64,000 nt of DNA from Candidatus Moanibacter sp. (GTDB taxonomy: Bacteria > Verrucomicrobiota > Verrucomicrobiia > Opitutales > UBA2987), in the NCBI GenBank assembly GCA_965215885.1, contig CBDCEW010000088.1:14737-78736 (forward strand). Reading direction: 5' to 3'. The first letter of the stretch is position 1. The number at the start of each line of letters is the position of its first letter. The notes beneath the pieces were generated by a model. That model searched no databases and was not told where the DNA came from. It saw only the letters and a list, made by a program, of their open reading frames with translations. Positions 28,002 to 37,978 of the stretch are shown here, piece by piece. The translations under genes were made by a program, and so were the position numbers.

Positions 28002-29129
28002 GTGAAGAAGACTTCTCTGGTAATATGCCTTTTCTTCGGCTTGGCATACGCGGAGATTGGAGCACACAAGTTGAGCGATAGCTATCTCAACATCAAGGTA
28101 GAGGAGGACGTTATTTCAGGGCAGTGGGACCTGGCGCTACGGGATTTGGAGTACTCAATCGGTCTGGACGCCAATGGAGACAGTGAAATCACCTGGGGTG
28201 AATTGCGCGCCAGCCATCGGGTACTGGAAGATTATTTGCTTTCCAGAATCGTTTTGAGTTTCGACGACGAGGGGTGCGCACTTAGAGTCACTGAACACCT
28301 GGTTGACTACCATACGGATGGCGCTTACGCGGTGGTTAGATTTGAAGGGACGGCGCCCCCGCATTCGAAAACTCTTGAAGTGGGATATGGCTTCCTATTC
28401 GACCTCGATCCCCTGCATCGCGGTCTGGCAAAGATCGAATATGGAGGTTTGGTTCGGACAGCCATATTCAGTCCTGCTGAAACAACACAGCAGTATGCAT
28501 TTGGGCATATATCTCGTTGGCAGCAGTTCCTCGCCTTTGCGAAGGAGGGGATTCACCACATTATGATCGGATTTGATCATGTTCTTTTTCTGATCGCGCT
28601 CCTCCTGCCGGCAGTGTTGTATAGAGAAGAGGGAAAGTGGGTGGCGGTAACAAGGTGTGCCCCGGCGCTTATCAGCTTGGCAAAAATCGTTACAGCGTTT
28701 ACTATAGCGCACTCCATCACTCTTACTTTGGCGGTTCTCGAAGTAGTCAGTTTACCCGCGCGTTTCGTTGAGTCAGTCGTCGCTGCTTCCGTCCTTCTCG
28801 CCGCCCTCAATAATCTGCGTCCAGTGGTAAGAGAGGGAACTTGGGTAGTGGCGTTTGTCTTCGGACTCATTCACGGTTTCGGATTCGCAAGTGTCCTCGC
28901 TGATATCGGGTTGATTTCGAAAAATCTCGTTCTATCCCTGGTGGGATTTAACTGCGGGGTCGAACTTGGGCAATTAGCGATTGTAGGTCTGTTTATACCG
29001 GCAGCTTTTCTGTCCCGAAAATCCGGAATCTACCAGAAATCTGCCCTAATGGGCGGATCCGCATTCATCGCCGCGATTTCGATGATCTGGATGGCGGAGA
29101 GGATTCTTGGAATTACGGTGATAACGTGA
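28002..29129 (+). CDS. HupE/UreJ-family membrane protein with N-terminal periplasmic domain
   Basis: 375 aa with a signal peptide and a domain of about 170 aa. It then has a six-TM core with HHIMIGFDHVLFLIALLL, TIAHSITL and GLIHGFGFA. Its GTG start overlaps the TPR stop (cTGTGA). Confidence 0.8.
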   Translation: MKKTSLVICLFFGLAYAEIGAHKLSDSYLNIKVEEDVISGQWDLALRDLEYSIGLDANGDSEITWGELRASHRVLEDYLLSRIVLSFDDEGCALRVTEHLVDYHTDGAYAVVRFEGTAPPHSKTLEVGYGFLFDLDPLHRGLAKIEYGGLVRTAIFSPAETTQQYAFGHISRWQQFLAFAKEGIHHIMIGFDHVLFLIALLLPAVLYREEGKWVAVTRCAPALISLAKIVTAFTIAHSITLTLAVLEVVSLPARFVESVVAASVLLAALNNLRPVVREGTWVVAFVFGLIHGFGFASVLADIGLISKNLVLSLVGFNCGVELGQLAIVGLFIPAAFLSRKSGIYQKSALMGGSAFIAAISMIWMAERILGITVIT

Positions 29130-29175
29130 AATTGCTCTACGCTCGCAGCCAAACTGGAAGGCGCTTCAACGCTGA

Positions 29176-29644
29176 AGAAAATTGAACAGAAGCAAACCCC
29201 TTCGACGGGCTCAGGGCAGGAGAGAGAAACGGAGAGGAAGAGGGGAGATTTCTCACGCAAAGCCGCAAAGACGCAAAGGGGAGAGAGGAAACCCCTGCAC
29301 GGACTCCGCAGTTCCATGGATGGGCACGGATGAGGGAATGACCCCACGGATTCGAGGGCAACTCGGATCTGCTGTACCGCAGACTCTGCGAGATTGGGGG
29401 CAAAGGGATCGAGTCTACTGAAGAGAATCCAAGGAGAATGTGTGAGAGTGGTCCTTTCGTTTTAAGCTCAGCGAGGCGCAATGGAATCAGCTCGAATACC
29501 CGTTTGGGTTGTAGGACTGCGATCGCGCGGGATGATCCTGGAGCGACTTATCCGCTTGGCTCATCCCGCGCGAGCGCGGTCCTACAATCTGGCGGCCATC
29601 AATGCCGCTAAACGTCTCCGATGAGGATTGGGTGGATAACCGCT
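29176..29644. repeat. Repeat island: family C (GAAAATTGAACAGAAG..CCCTTCGACGGGCTCAGGGCAGG..CGCAAAGACGCAAAGG) plus family E copy (29483-29644)
   Basis: Family C aligns with 36536-36650 and 39808-39835. Family E aligns with 18414-18566. Confidence 0.7.
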
Positions 29645-29663
29645 GGACAGGTCCGATAGGCTC

Positions 29664-30374
29664 TTAGTCGCTCTCGGGATAACGACGTTGAGCCTCTTCG
29701 CGGCAGGCCTGCATCGTTTTCAACCAGACCTCACGTAAGTCGAAGAGATATCGGGCACATTCATCGACGCGATCGTTGCTGTTTCGATGTCTGTTCGCGG
29801 GTAGCCTTTGGAGTGTATCGAGAGAATGATTCACAGCGCTGAGGGCAGACTTGAAATGGCAGATTGCGAGTGCGTAATCGCCCATATCGAGTGCCTGAAT
29901 GGCGAGTATTGCGTTGCATTCACCATCACGGAGTTGCCTGGTGAAGTCCCAGACCGTTTTGCGGGAGATGGATCTTTCACACTGTTCCATTCTCTGCTCC
30001 CATTTTGTGATGAGCGAGTTGTACAATCCTCGTGTAACCACAAAGAGGGGATGCCGGTGAATCGTATAAGGATCCGAATCATCGTCCACATCCTCTTCTT
30101 CGCGCAAGTAGAACCCCGCATCAAATCCGTAATCAATCAGATCTACTGGACAGTCGTCGAGATCCAGCCAATTGTCTCCCTCCCAACCCATGAGTTGGGC
30201 GACCTTGTCGAGACGGTATTCTGCATCCCCTATCTTTTCAATATAGGCGCAGAAGCGATCAACTTCCGCCTCGTAACGATTGAGGAACTGGCGCCATTCC
30301 TTCTCGGACCAGGTAACTTCTCCCCGTCCCTCACTGTCACCGTCGAATCCACTCTCATGTTCGTAGTCACTCAT
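29664..30374 (-). CDS. Hypothetical acidic cytoplasmic protein
   Basis: 236-aa ORF with coding-like composition. No family was recognised. Confidence 0.5.
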   Translation of the reverse strand: MSDYEHESGFDGDSEGRGEVTWSEKEWRQFLNRYEAEVDRFCAYIEKIGDAEYRLDKVAQLMGWEGDNWLDLDDCPVDLIDYGFDAGFYLREEEDVDDDSDPYTIHRHPLFVVTRGLYNSLITKWEQRMEQCERSISRKTVWDFTRQLRDGECNAILAIQALDMGDYALAICHFKSALSAVNHSLDTLQRLPANRHRNSNDRVDECARYLFDLREVWLKTMQACREEAQRRYPESD

Positions 30375-30670
30375 CGACTTTCAAGGATCGCAGAAGACAG
30401 ACTTGAATTCTGAGAGAAAAAATCAAACCCTTTTTGACTGAATAGTCGGTCGCGGTTCTCGATCTCCTTGATCTCGAAGTAATCCGCTCTTGCGTTCCGC
30501 AATGCTTACTCGCTGTCGGCTCCACCCCTTAACTACACACCTGCGGATGACTCTCTTTGCGCTGATCGTAAAGAGTCGGCTTGAAAAAGTCCCTCGTGCG
30601 TTAGATGGACGCTCGTGCCTGAAGCTGGTTTTATTGGGGCTGTACGTTTTAGAATCCGCGCTACCCGCAC

Positions 30671-31696
30671 CTACCCGAAGACATCTCTTCGTAATTCCCG
30701 CAACACCATCAGTCCTTCCCAGTCACTCCCTTTCATCGGTCGAGGTCCCGTTCTTCGCTTGCCGCCAAACTGCTCGCGAAACTCTGTGTAAATACCATGC
30801 ACATACTCACGCGACCCCAAGACTGCTCCGTCCGTAAAATACCTTACCCGGCACCTCAGAGCTGCCGCTACTGGCAGCTTTCCCCCCTTCTCCATCACTG
30901 CTCTCCACTGCTCCTCCCTCATCATAGCTGATCCCGGCCCTTTCCCGGGCGCTGCCGTCGCTCCCTTGCGGTAGAGCAGCTTGCGATATTCTCTTGCTGC
31001 CGTGATCCACCTAATTTGCCTCTCCTCCGGCCTCCGCAACGCTACGCAGATCCCTCCCCGCGCTCTCGTTGCTCCTCCCATCGCCTCTCCATACCCGCTC
31101 CAGCGATAGTCCTTCGGGTCCTCTACCAGCTTCGCCCGTACCGGGTTCAAGTCAATGTAGGCCGCTACGATCCGCATGGCCGCTTCGCTTCCCTCCACCA
31201 AGGTGCTCTTGAAGCGCTCACTCCACAACGTCCCCACCCTCCCGTGGTTGCGGTTATACCAGATCGAAAAACGCTGCTTCAGGCTCTTCATATACTCCGA
31301 CACATCGTGCATCCGTCCCAATAGCTGCCGTCGTATCACTTCCCTCTCCTCGCCTCCTTTTGCCAGCTCCATCTCCATCACCTTTGCCTCGGCCTGCTGA
31401 TACTTTGTGGGCTTCGGATACAATACCCGATACCGCCGCATCAACTCCGAATCACTCATTTCTACCCCGTCCCTGTCAGGTACCCCCAACAGCACATGAA
31501 AATGTGTACTCATAATGCAGTAGGTCAATATCTCCACTCCGCTGAAGTCCGCCACCTGCCACAGCTGCTTTCTTAAAACCTCCCGGGCGAACCCTTCGAT
31601 CAACCGCTCCTTGTTTACTATACGGGTCATGCAGTGATACACCGCCCGTCTTCCTGACACTTTTATCCTTCGCTTTCTCATCCCGCCAATATGCAT
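30671..31696 (-). CDS. HUH/Y1 transposase-like protein (IS200-like, REP-associated tyrosine transposase type)
   Basis: The ORF track extends to 31867, but Met 31696 or 31681 avoids overlap with acyP. It has the HUH motif STHFHVLLGVP and the Tyr helix AAYIDLNPVRAKLVEDPKDYRWSGY. A long C-terminal extension ends RYFTDGAVLGSREYV. Confidence 0.75.
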   Translation of the reverse strand: MHIGGMRKRRIKVSGRRAVYHCMTRIVNKERLIEGFAREVLRKQLWQVADFSGVEILTYCIMSTHFHVLLGVPDRDGVEMSDSELMRRYRVLYPKPTKYQQAEAKVMEMELAKGGEEREVIRRQLLGRMHDVSEYMKSLKQRFSIWYNRNHGRVGTLWSERFKSTLVEGSEAAMRIVAAYIDLNPVRAKLVEDPKDYRWSGYGEAMGGATRARGGICVALRRPEERQIRWITAAREYRKLLYRKGATAAPGKGPGSAMMREEQWRAVMEKGGKLPVAAALRCRVRYFTDGAVLGSREYVHGIYTEFREQFGGKRRTGPRPMKGSDWEGLMVLRELRRDVFG

Positions 31697-31795
31697 ATTT
31701 TTCGGGTTATGTCCAGTATATAAATACCTGTCCCTTATAAGGGAGCCAGAATGGGCTGGCCAAGGGTAAGAAAATGGGCAATCTCTGAGGAGGAA

Positions 31796-32074
31796 ATGGA
31801 TGAAGCAGTTTTCCATATGGAGGTGCAATTTTCGGGTCGGGTGCAGGGGATAGGATTTCGGTATCATACATTACATATAGCCAAAGAATATGAAGTTTCG
31901 GGATATGTGACGAATCTGGCGGATGGACGTGTAAGGGTGGAGGCGGAGGGATTGGAGGCGGAGGTGAAGGCTTTCAAAAAAGAGATCGAAACGCAGATGG
32001 AAGCGTTCATAAGGCAGGTGGAAATAAAGACGCAAAACAGGCCCCGATCCTTTTCGGGTTTTACGATCCGATAG
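31796..32074 (+). CDS. acyP: Acylphosphatase
   Basis: VQFSGRVQGIGFRYHT and GYVTNLADGRVRVEAEG are the acylphosphatase signatures. The start at 31796 or 31817 is preferred over the ORF-track start at 31751. Confidence 0.8.
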   Translation: MDEAVFHMEVQFSGRVQGIGFRYHTLHIAKEYEVSGYVTNLADGRVRVEAEGLEAEVKAFKKEIETQMEAFIRQVEIKTQNRPRSFSGFTIR

Positions 32075-32411
32075 GAATCCGCCGGGCGTCGAAATTCTAA
32101 TTGGATGAAGCGCTTTGGCAGCGTTATTTTCAGATCGTGGTGTTGATGGGAATGGGCGTGTTGACCGCAGCATATCTTTTCTATTCGGATTTGGAACGAA
32201 AGGCGAATCTAACTCTATTGGCCCGTCCGGTGAGAAGAATAGAGTACGTTATAGGGGAAATTTCCGGGGATCATTCCGTCGTTTTTTCTCGAAGGGCTTG
32301 ACTCGTTGCGGGCTTTCTTAATTTGGTTGCCGGGGGGGGCACTACGCTGCCCTAAGTGAGATATTCTCGATTTTTCCGCAACGAACAAGATTCATATAGG
32401 AGGTCCATAGC

Positions 32412-32990
32412 ATGAAAGGAAATGGTGCAAGTAGGTCGATAGAACACATCCTTATTAAAAAGCTAGACGATGCAGTCGAGGCGGAAGATACCGCGACTAT
32501 CTGTGCAAATGTAAAACGGGTGCTCGTCGATGTAATGAATTGCAAGGAGCAGATTTTGTCGGAGGGATTTTTAATTCCAAATCCTGAATGTTATGCGCGG
32601 CGGCTTCTCCATAAGGATCCCGAAGGCAGGTATTCGGCCGTTGTCATGGTTTGGGACAAAAGCCAGGGCACGCCCCTTCACGATCACGCTGGCCGTTGGT
32701 GCGTGGAAGGCGTGTATCGTGGGAGAATCCGGGTGCGATCCTACAATTACGATGGGAAGGGAAAGGAAGGAATCCACCGCTTTACTCAAGAGACGGAAGT
32801 CACTACAGGAATTGGAGAAGCTGGCGCGCTCATACCTCCATTCGAATATCACTCCATCGAGAATCCGGATGAGCGACCGGCGATTACGATTCACGTCTAT
32901 CGGGGGGAGTTATTCAGCTGCAATGCTTTTTACCCTCTTGAAGGAGGAGGCTACCGCCGAGTGAGTAAATCGATGACTTATACGGAGTGA
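32412..32990 (+). CDS. Cysteine dioxygenase type I-family cupin protein
   Basis: VWDKSQGTPLHDHAGRWCVEGVYRGRIRV is a cupin His motif in CDO-like context. The protein is 192 aa. Confidence 0.55.
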   Translation: MKGNGASRSIEHILIKKLDDAVEAEDTATICANVKRVLVDVMNCKEQILSEGFLIPNPECYARRLLHKDPEGRYSAVVMVWDKSQGTPLHDHAGRWCVEGVYRGRIRVRSYNYDGKGKEGIHRFTQETEVTTGIGEAGALIPPFEYHSIENPDERPAITIHVYRGELFSCNAFYPLEGGGYRRVSKSMTYTE

Positions 32991-33026
32991 AGGAAAGTCC
33001 TCCTACGCTCAAGCTTCCCACTTCGC

Positions 33027-34510
33027 TCCCGCTGAGCGCATTTGCGTTAACCTAAGGAGAAGAAACAAGAGAGGAAATCAAGTCGAGAACGCTTTTCATA
33101 GGTGCAGTGTTTGGGGATTTGTTTGAGCCATCGGGGATGATCTGATCTTTGGGAATGTGAGAGAGGATGAAGAAGTAGGGAGCAAAGAAGAGTAGGAGAA
33201 TTTAAGGATACTCAGAGGAGAGGACAAACTGGTATTCGTGTCTAAGGGGACCATAGACGAAGTTGAGTAAGTGGGTAATGAGGATGAGACGGGCGTAGAT
33301 AAGAAGCTCAACCTGGTAGGGAGTAGTCTCTTTGACCTGACCGAGATTAAGATGTTGCTTAAAGGCCTTAAAGATTTCGATGCGCCAGCGAAGCCCGTAA
33401 AAGCTCAGAATCTGCGATGATGGAGGTTTGTAATAAAGATTAGCTGGTGCGCTGGTATATCGAAGTCTATTGTGGGATGCTCGCGGCGGCGTTTATGGGC
33501 CACCTTCTGAGGGAGTTTGACGGCGATCAGACGAACCGGAAGCTTGGCTTTTTTACCCACCCGAACGGGCATATCGAGAAGCTTTTGGCCACGTAAAAGT
33601 TTGCGTAGATCGAGCTCTTCATCGCCTTCGTTGGCTAAAAGGCAAGTGCCGGTTTTCAAACGACTCACAAAGAAGCAGCCGCGCTGATCGAGTTGCTTAA
33701 AGACATCGAGGACAAAATAGCCTAAGTCGCGCAGGATCAAGTCGTTGGGTTGGGCGAGAGCGAGAATGTCTTTGGAAGCATGATCGTTTTTTCGGAAGCT
33801 ACTGAGGCTGAATCAACGAAGGATTCATTCAGATCGTAATAGGCCTGAATCTTCAGTTGATGGAGCCTGTCTGATTGGACGCTCCGGGGAAGAAGGGGGC
33901 CAGGACCTTAGGGCCAATCGATGTCGGCAATGAGAATCAAAGCTCCTCATCATTTGGAACAGTCTGCCCACAGGCCCATAAGCTTTAAGTTCTAAAAGCC
34001 TCAGGAGCACTAAGGAGCACTTTTGGACCGCTTGTCATGGTGCGGTTGGCTAAGAATCCAATAAGCTCGGCTTCTTTGCCAAGGGACAAGGCCCCCTTAG
34101 AAGCCATCGCCAGCAAAGCCAAAACAAAGTTCAGAGGGGAGATCTTGCGCGATTTCCTCTCTCTAAAACCACTCTGTTTAGCGAGGGCTGTGAGGTTCAA
34201 CTTACGGAAGGTTTGACGGATACAATCAGCTTTTTTTATACTTTGCATCCGAAGGATAAATCCTATATATGAACGAATGTACAGTATAAAATGCTGCCAA
34301 AGTGAAAAAAAATGGGGTAGACGGAGTAGAGAAGATAACCCGGCCAAAAGTCGCTCAACTGCGAATTTCCTCACCGCTGTGGTCAAGCGAACAAATGGAG
34401 TGGAACCTCGAGGATAGAGACACCCTCATACTCCGCCGCAAAATACCTCGCAAGTCTTTGAATCTGACTAAGTTGCGAAAATAAGGTTTACGCGTATGCG
34501 CTGAGCGGGA
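33027..34510 (-). mobile_element. Decayed copy of the IS4-like element (transposase gene broken by indels)
   Basis: It is collinear with 58626-60255 and has the same terminal IRs (tcccgctgagcgcatttgcgttaacc ... ggtttacgcgtatgcgctgagcggga). It is about 146 bp shorter. The transposase is fragmented into ORFs 33405-33740, 33825-34010 and 33985-34386. CTTCG occurs at both junctions. Confidence 0.85.
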
Positions 34511-34690
34511 CTTCGAGGGACGAGTCGGAGGATGCAAGAGAGTGGGGTGGACGGTATCGTTCTCGACGATCGACTACGATTACGACGACCAGTTGCGATT
34601 GGATATTATTCGCAAATTTTGGGAGGGCGCTTTGTGTTTATATTGTGCAAAAGGTTGCTTTCGGGAATGAGGATATTCATTTTGTGATAT

Positions 34691-35137
34691 ATGAAGAATA
34701 GAATCGATCGGTTTTCAATCCTTCTGGTGATGGGTATAGTCATGGTTGGCTGTGCCAAACGAGCACAGGAAGAGGGTGAACAGGCCCGCGTCTTTTTTGT
34801 CGAACCCGTGGAGGGAGCCGAAGTGACGGCCCCCTTCAAGGTGGTGATGGGAGTGGAAGGTATGGATGTGCGTCCTATTGCAGACGGAGTTATTGAAGGA
34901 ACCGGGCATCATCATGTTCTGATAAATCTGGGGCCTCGATACGGCCCGGGTATTGTGATCCCGAACGATGAAATTAACCGGCACTATGGGGGAGGGCAGA
35001 CAGAAGGGGAATTGGACCTGGAGCCCGGAGACTACCGGCTCACTCTGCAGTTCGCGGATGGAAAACACCGTTCCTATGGAATGGAACTGTCGCATACGAT
35101 AAACATAACGGTGGTGGAAGGTGAAGGTGGGGAGTAA
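34691..35137 (+). CDS. DUF4399-like lipoprotein
   Basis: It has the lipobox VMVGC and the motif EGTGHHHVLINL typical of DUF4399. The protein is 148 aa. Confidence 0.55.
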   Translation: MKNRIDRFSILLVMGIVMVGCAKRAQEEGEQARVFFVEPVEGAEVTAPFKVVMGVEGMDVRPIADGVIEGTGHHHVLINLGPRYGPGIVIPNDEINRHYGGGQTEGELDLEPGDYRLTLQFADGKHRSYGMELSHTINITVVEGEGGE

Positions 35138-35140
35138 TGT

Positions 35141-36535
35141 GTGCCTCCGTGCTTCTCGTTGGTCCTCTTTGGCCCCTCTTTTGTCCTTCTGCCATCCAAT
35201 TTGATTTCGGCGGTAGGCTGCAGTAGGAAATTTCAAAATAATCAGGGAGTGCCGGCACCCCTTCGACAGAGCATCCCAATATTTCTCGCGTTAGCTGGGT
35301 GCACTTCCGTTCTCGAGGGACAGTTGACAGCCTTGGGAGAAGCGCCTGATTGGGACAAGCTGGAAAGGTATCAGGAGACGATTACTCGAGATGAGTTCGT
35401 GAGACTCCTGGAAGAGGTTTACAGCCCTGACGGAGGGTATCGAGAGACCGTAGAAATTACTGCCGACGAGGCGCTGATTAAGAAGGGGGAAGAACGCGGA
35501 ATTTCGCGGTATCGACTACGCTTTTCGGGAGGGGATAAGAAAGTCAACAGAAAGGATCGTTTCTGGCGAATTCGATCGGAGATTCCGACACACAGGGATA
35601 AAATCTTGAATGGGTTGCGAGTAGCTTTGGATCCGGGGCATATCGGGGGTCGCTATGCCAGAATGGAGGAGCGCTGGTTCAGGGTTTTGGATCAGAGGCC
35701 TGTAATGGAGGGTGATCTGAATCTGAGAGTGGCTCGATTGCTACGGGAGCGGTTGAGGGAACGAGGCGCCGCGGTTTGGCTGTTGCGGGAAGGTAGCGAG
35801 CCAGTTACCCAGGAGACTCCCGAAAGTCTGCGTACGGTTGCGGTGGAGGAGCTATCCCACGGGAGATTGAAAGGTGATGAGACGGATGGATATGGGATTA
35901 GCGGCTTCGGCGAGAATATTGCCGCCAAAGAAACTGAGTTAAGAAAGCTGAGTGAGTTGCTATTCTATCGAATGAGCGAAATAAGAGCACGGGCGAGGCT
36001 TATAAATGAGATTATCAGACCAGATCTAGTAGTTGCAATCCACTTCAATGCGGCGCCCTGGCGGGACGCGGAGAAGCGCACACTGGTAACGGAAAATCAC
36101 ATGCATGTTCTCATCAACGGCGCTTACAGCAGTGAAGAACTCGCTTACGACGATACAAGATTTAAAATGGTCCAAAAACTACTGTCGAACGTGGTGGAGG
36201 AGGAGTTGCCTCTTGCTTCCACAGTGGCAAAGTCGATGGCGAGGGCGACAGGTTTGCCGCCCTTTCACTACGAAGGAAAGAACGCTGCCGCGATTAAAGG
36301 AGAACCATATGTGTGGGCGCGAAACTTGATTGCCAATCGGCTCTATCAATGTCCCGTTATTTATCTCGAACCTTACGTCGTGAACAGCAGGATTGTTCAC
36401 TCCCGAGTCCAGGCGGGAGATTTTAACGGAGAGAGAGAGATCGAGGGTGAGCGCTACCCGAGTATCTTCCAGGAATATGCGGATGGAGTGGTGAAGGGGT
36501 TGGAATTGTACTATGGAGCCATCGGGCCACACTGA
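35141..36535 (+). CDS. N-acetylmuramoyl-L-alanine amidase (Amidase_3-like)
   Basis: Contains ALDPGHIGG, VAIHFNAAPW and YLEPYVVNS. A lipobox-like LALAGC lies near the N-terminus, so the start is uncertain. Confidence 0.6.
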   Translation: MPPCFSLVLFGPSFVLLPSNLISAVGCSRKFQNNQGVPAPLRQSIPIFLALAGCTSVLEGQLTALGEAPDWDKLERYQETITRDEFVRLLEEVYSPDGGYRETVEITADEALIKKGEERGISRYRLRFSGGDKKVNRKDRFWRIRSEIPTHRDKILNGLRVALDPGHIGGRYARMEERWFRVLDQRPVMEGDLNLRVARLLRERLRERGAAVWLLREGSEPVTQETPESLRTVAVEELSHGRLKGDETDGYGISGFGENIAAKETELRKLSELLFYRMSEIRARARLINEIIRPDLVVAIHFNAAPWRDAEKRTLVTENHMHVLINGAYSSEELAYDDTRFKMVQKLLSNVVEEELPLASTVAKSMARATGLPPFHYEGKNAAAIKGEPYVWARNLIANRLYQCPVIYLEPYVVNSRIVHSRVQAGDFNGEREIEGERYPSIFQEYADGVVKGLELYYGAIGPH

Positions 36536-36946
36536 GAGAAGAGAATTGAACAAAAGGAAATCCCTTCGACGCGGCTCCCGCCTTCGTCCAGCCGAGCAGG
36601 ACTTCGACGCGGCTCAGGGCAGGAAAGTGAAACGAAGAGGAGATTTCGAATCCTCCCGGTCCTCCCGGCAAGCCGGGACCGGGAGGACCGGGAAACATCC
36701 TTCAAAGGGAGATCGATGGAGTTTCCTTCTGCATTCGTCCCGGCATGCCGGGATGCATCTGCGCTTCTCATCTTCTTTTTTAGTTGCGGCCTGGCTGCGC
36801 TAGGAAATCCGTGGTTAATTCGATTTCCGCTGCCCACTTCTTTAACGCCTACCACGGGACCTAGCCCGAACATTTCACAAACCTTCTGCTACGATCCCGG
36901 CGCGTCTGGATCTCGCTACGAAGTGTGTGAAATGTCCGGGCTCGCG
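36536..36946. repeat. Repeat island: family C copy, nested CCCGG hairpins (36651-36688), and a short family B copy (36861-36946)
   Basis: gagaattgaacaaaaggaaatcccttcgacgcggctc...gctcagggcaggaaagtgaaacg aligns with 29176 onwards. cccgaacatttcaca and tgtgaaatgtccggg form inverted ends. Confidence 0.7.
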
Positions 36947-36993
36947 ATGACCGAAATTTTCGATGGCCTTCGGGTGGGATTTCGGTTTTTGTA

Positions 36994-37950
36994 GTGTTTT
37001 TCAGCGCCATGTTAATCGTTAGGCGAAATTTGATAGTTGTGCTATGCCTGGCAGTTGGTTGCCAATCGGCATTTGCTCTTTCGACAATTGAGCTTGCCAA
37101 TGGAAGTCGGTTGAGGGTGGAGGTGCTCTCAGAGAAACCGGATCGCATCTTTATAGATTTGGGTTTTTCGATACTGGCAATCCCGCGCGAGACAATACTT
37201 CGGATTTACAACGAAAAGACGGTTAAAGAGGGAGAGCAGTTCGGAGAGGATCTCTACCGGGAAAACGAAGATAGCGCGGAGCTTTCATTGAGAGAATTAG
37301 CTGAAAGAAATAGCGAATCCGTAGTGCTGATACGCACCGCGATTGGGCAGGGTTCCGGATTCGTCATACATCCGGAGGGCTATGTAGTAACGAACAATCA
37401 CGTAATTGCAGGAGAGCATGAGATTTCGATTACTCTTTTTGACGAGGGAGGGAAAGAGATGAAGAGAGTGCAATTCAATAACGTGAGAATTGTTGCTACG
37501 GTTTCGGAGTTGGACCTCGCTCTTGTAAAGATCGAAGATACAGGTAGTCACGTATTCAAGACGGTTGCTCTGGGAGAGTCCGATGATCTTCGGCAGGGAC
37601 AAACGGTATTTGCGATTGGAAATCCACTGGGGCTTGATCGGAGTGTTTCGGAAGGCATCGTGAGTTTGAAAAACAGGCTCATTGGCGGAAGACTCTTTGT
37701 GCAGACGACGGCTGAGATCAATCGGGGTAATTCGGGTGGTCCGCTCTTCAATATGAGAGGTGAAGTAATCGGCGTAAATAACATGAAAGTGGTGGCGCAG
37801 GGAGCGGAAGGCCTCGGATTTGCAATACCTTCGAGCGTCCTGAAGATGTTTCTAAGCAATCGAGACACATACTCTTTTGATCCGAGGAATCCCAATTCCG
37901 GATATCGCTATAATCGGCCGCCGCGCCAGTCTAGCGTTTCGGAAAATTGA
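36994..37950 (+). CDS. Secreted trypsin-like serine protease (S1C/HtrA-like catalytic domain, no PDZ seen)
   Basis: It has a signal peptide. The catalytic triad contexts are TNNHVI (His), DLALVKI (Asp) and GNSGGPLFN (Ser). Confidence 0.8.
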   Translation: MFFSAMLIVRRNLIVVLCLAVGCQSAFALSTIELANGSRLRVEVLSEKPDRIFIDLGFSILAIPRETILRIYNEKTVKEGEQFGEDLYRENEDSAELSLRELAERNSESVVLIRTAIGQGSGFVIHPEGYVVTNNHVIAGEHEISITLFDEGGKEMKRVQFNNVRIVATVSELDLALVKIEDTGSHVFKTVALGESDDLRQGQTVFAIGNPLGLDRSVSEGIVSLKNRLIGGRLFVQTTAEINRGNSGGPLFNMRGEVIGVNNMKVVAQGAEGLGFAIPSSVLKMFLSNRDTYSFDPRNPNSGYRYNRPPRQSSVSEN

Positions 37951-37978
37951 CCCCATCATTTCTCGAATTTTTGAAACA

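Larger units (their letters stand above)
24401..28005 (+). pseudogene. TPR-repeat protein gene interrupted by an IS element (exon-like parts 24401-25380 and 27762-28005)
   Basis: The GTG at 24401 gives a signal-like N-terminus (LLIRISSILPGLLIILFPG), followed by TPR-like helices. The reading frame is lost at 25381. The C-terminus (HGRSEARYRLHLRNDPGGALEIAVRNW...KELESKL) resumes in frame at 27762. Confidence 0.8.

Noticed and set aside
29030-29481. ORFs of 79-114 aa
   Set aside because: They are encoded by the family C and E repeat DNA, and similar peptides recur at 36423-36873 and 39891-40295. They are spurious repeat translations.
32101-32301. 66-aa ORF with one TM segment and ERKANLTLLARPVRRIEYVIGE, reminiscent of ABC-2 permease N-termini
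   Set aside because: It is too short and isolated and has no partner genes. It could be a remnant, but the resemblance is too weak to call.
34715-35236. 173-aa ORF on the minus strand
   Set aside because: It is antisense to the DUF4399-like gene, which has a lipobox and a family motif.
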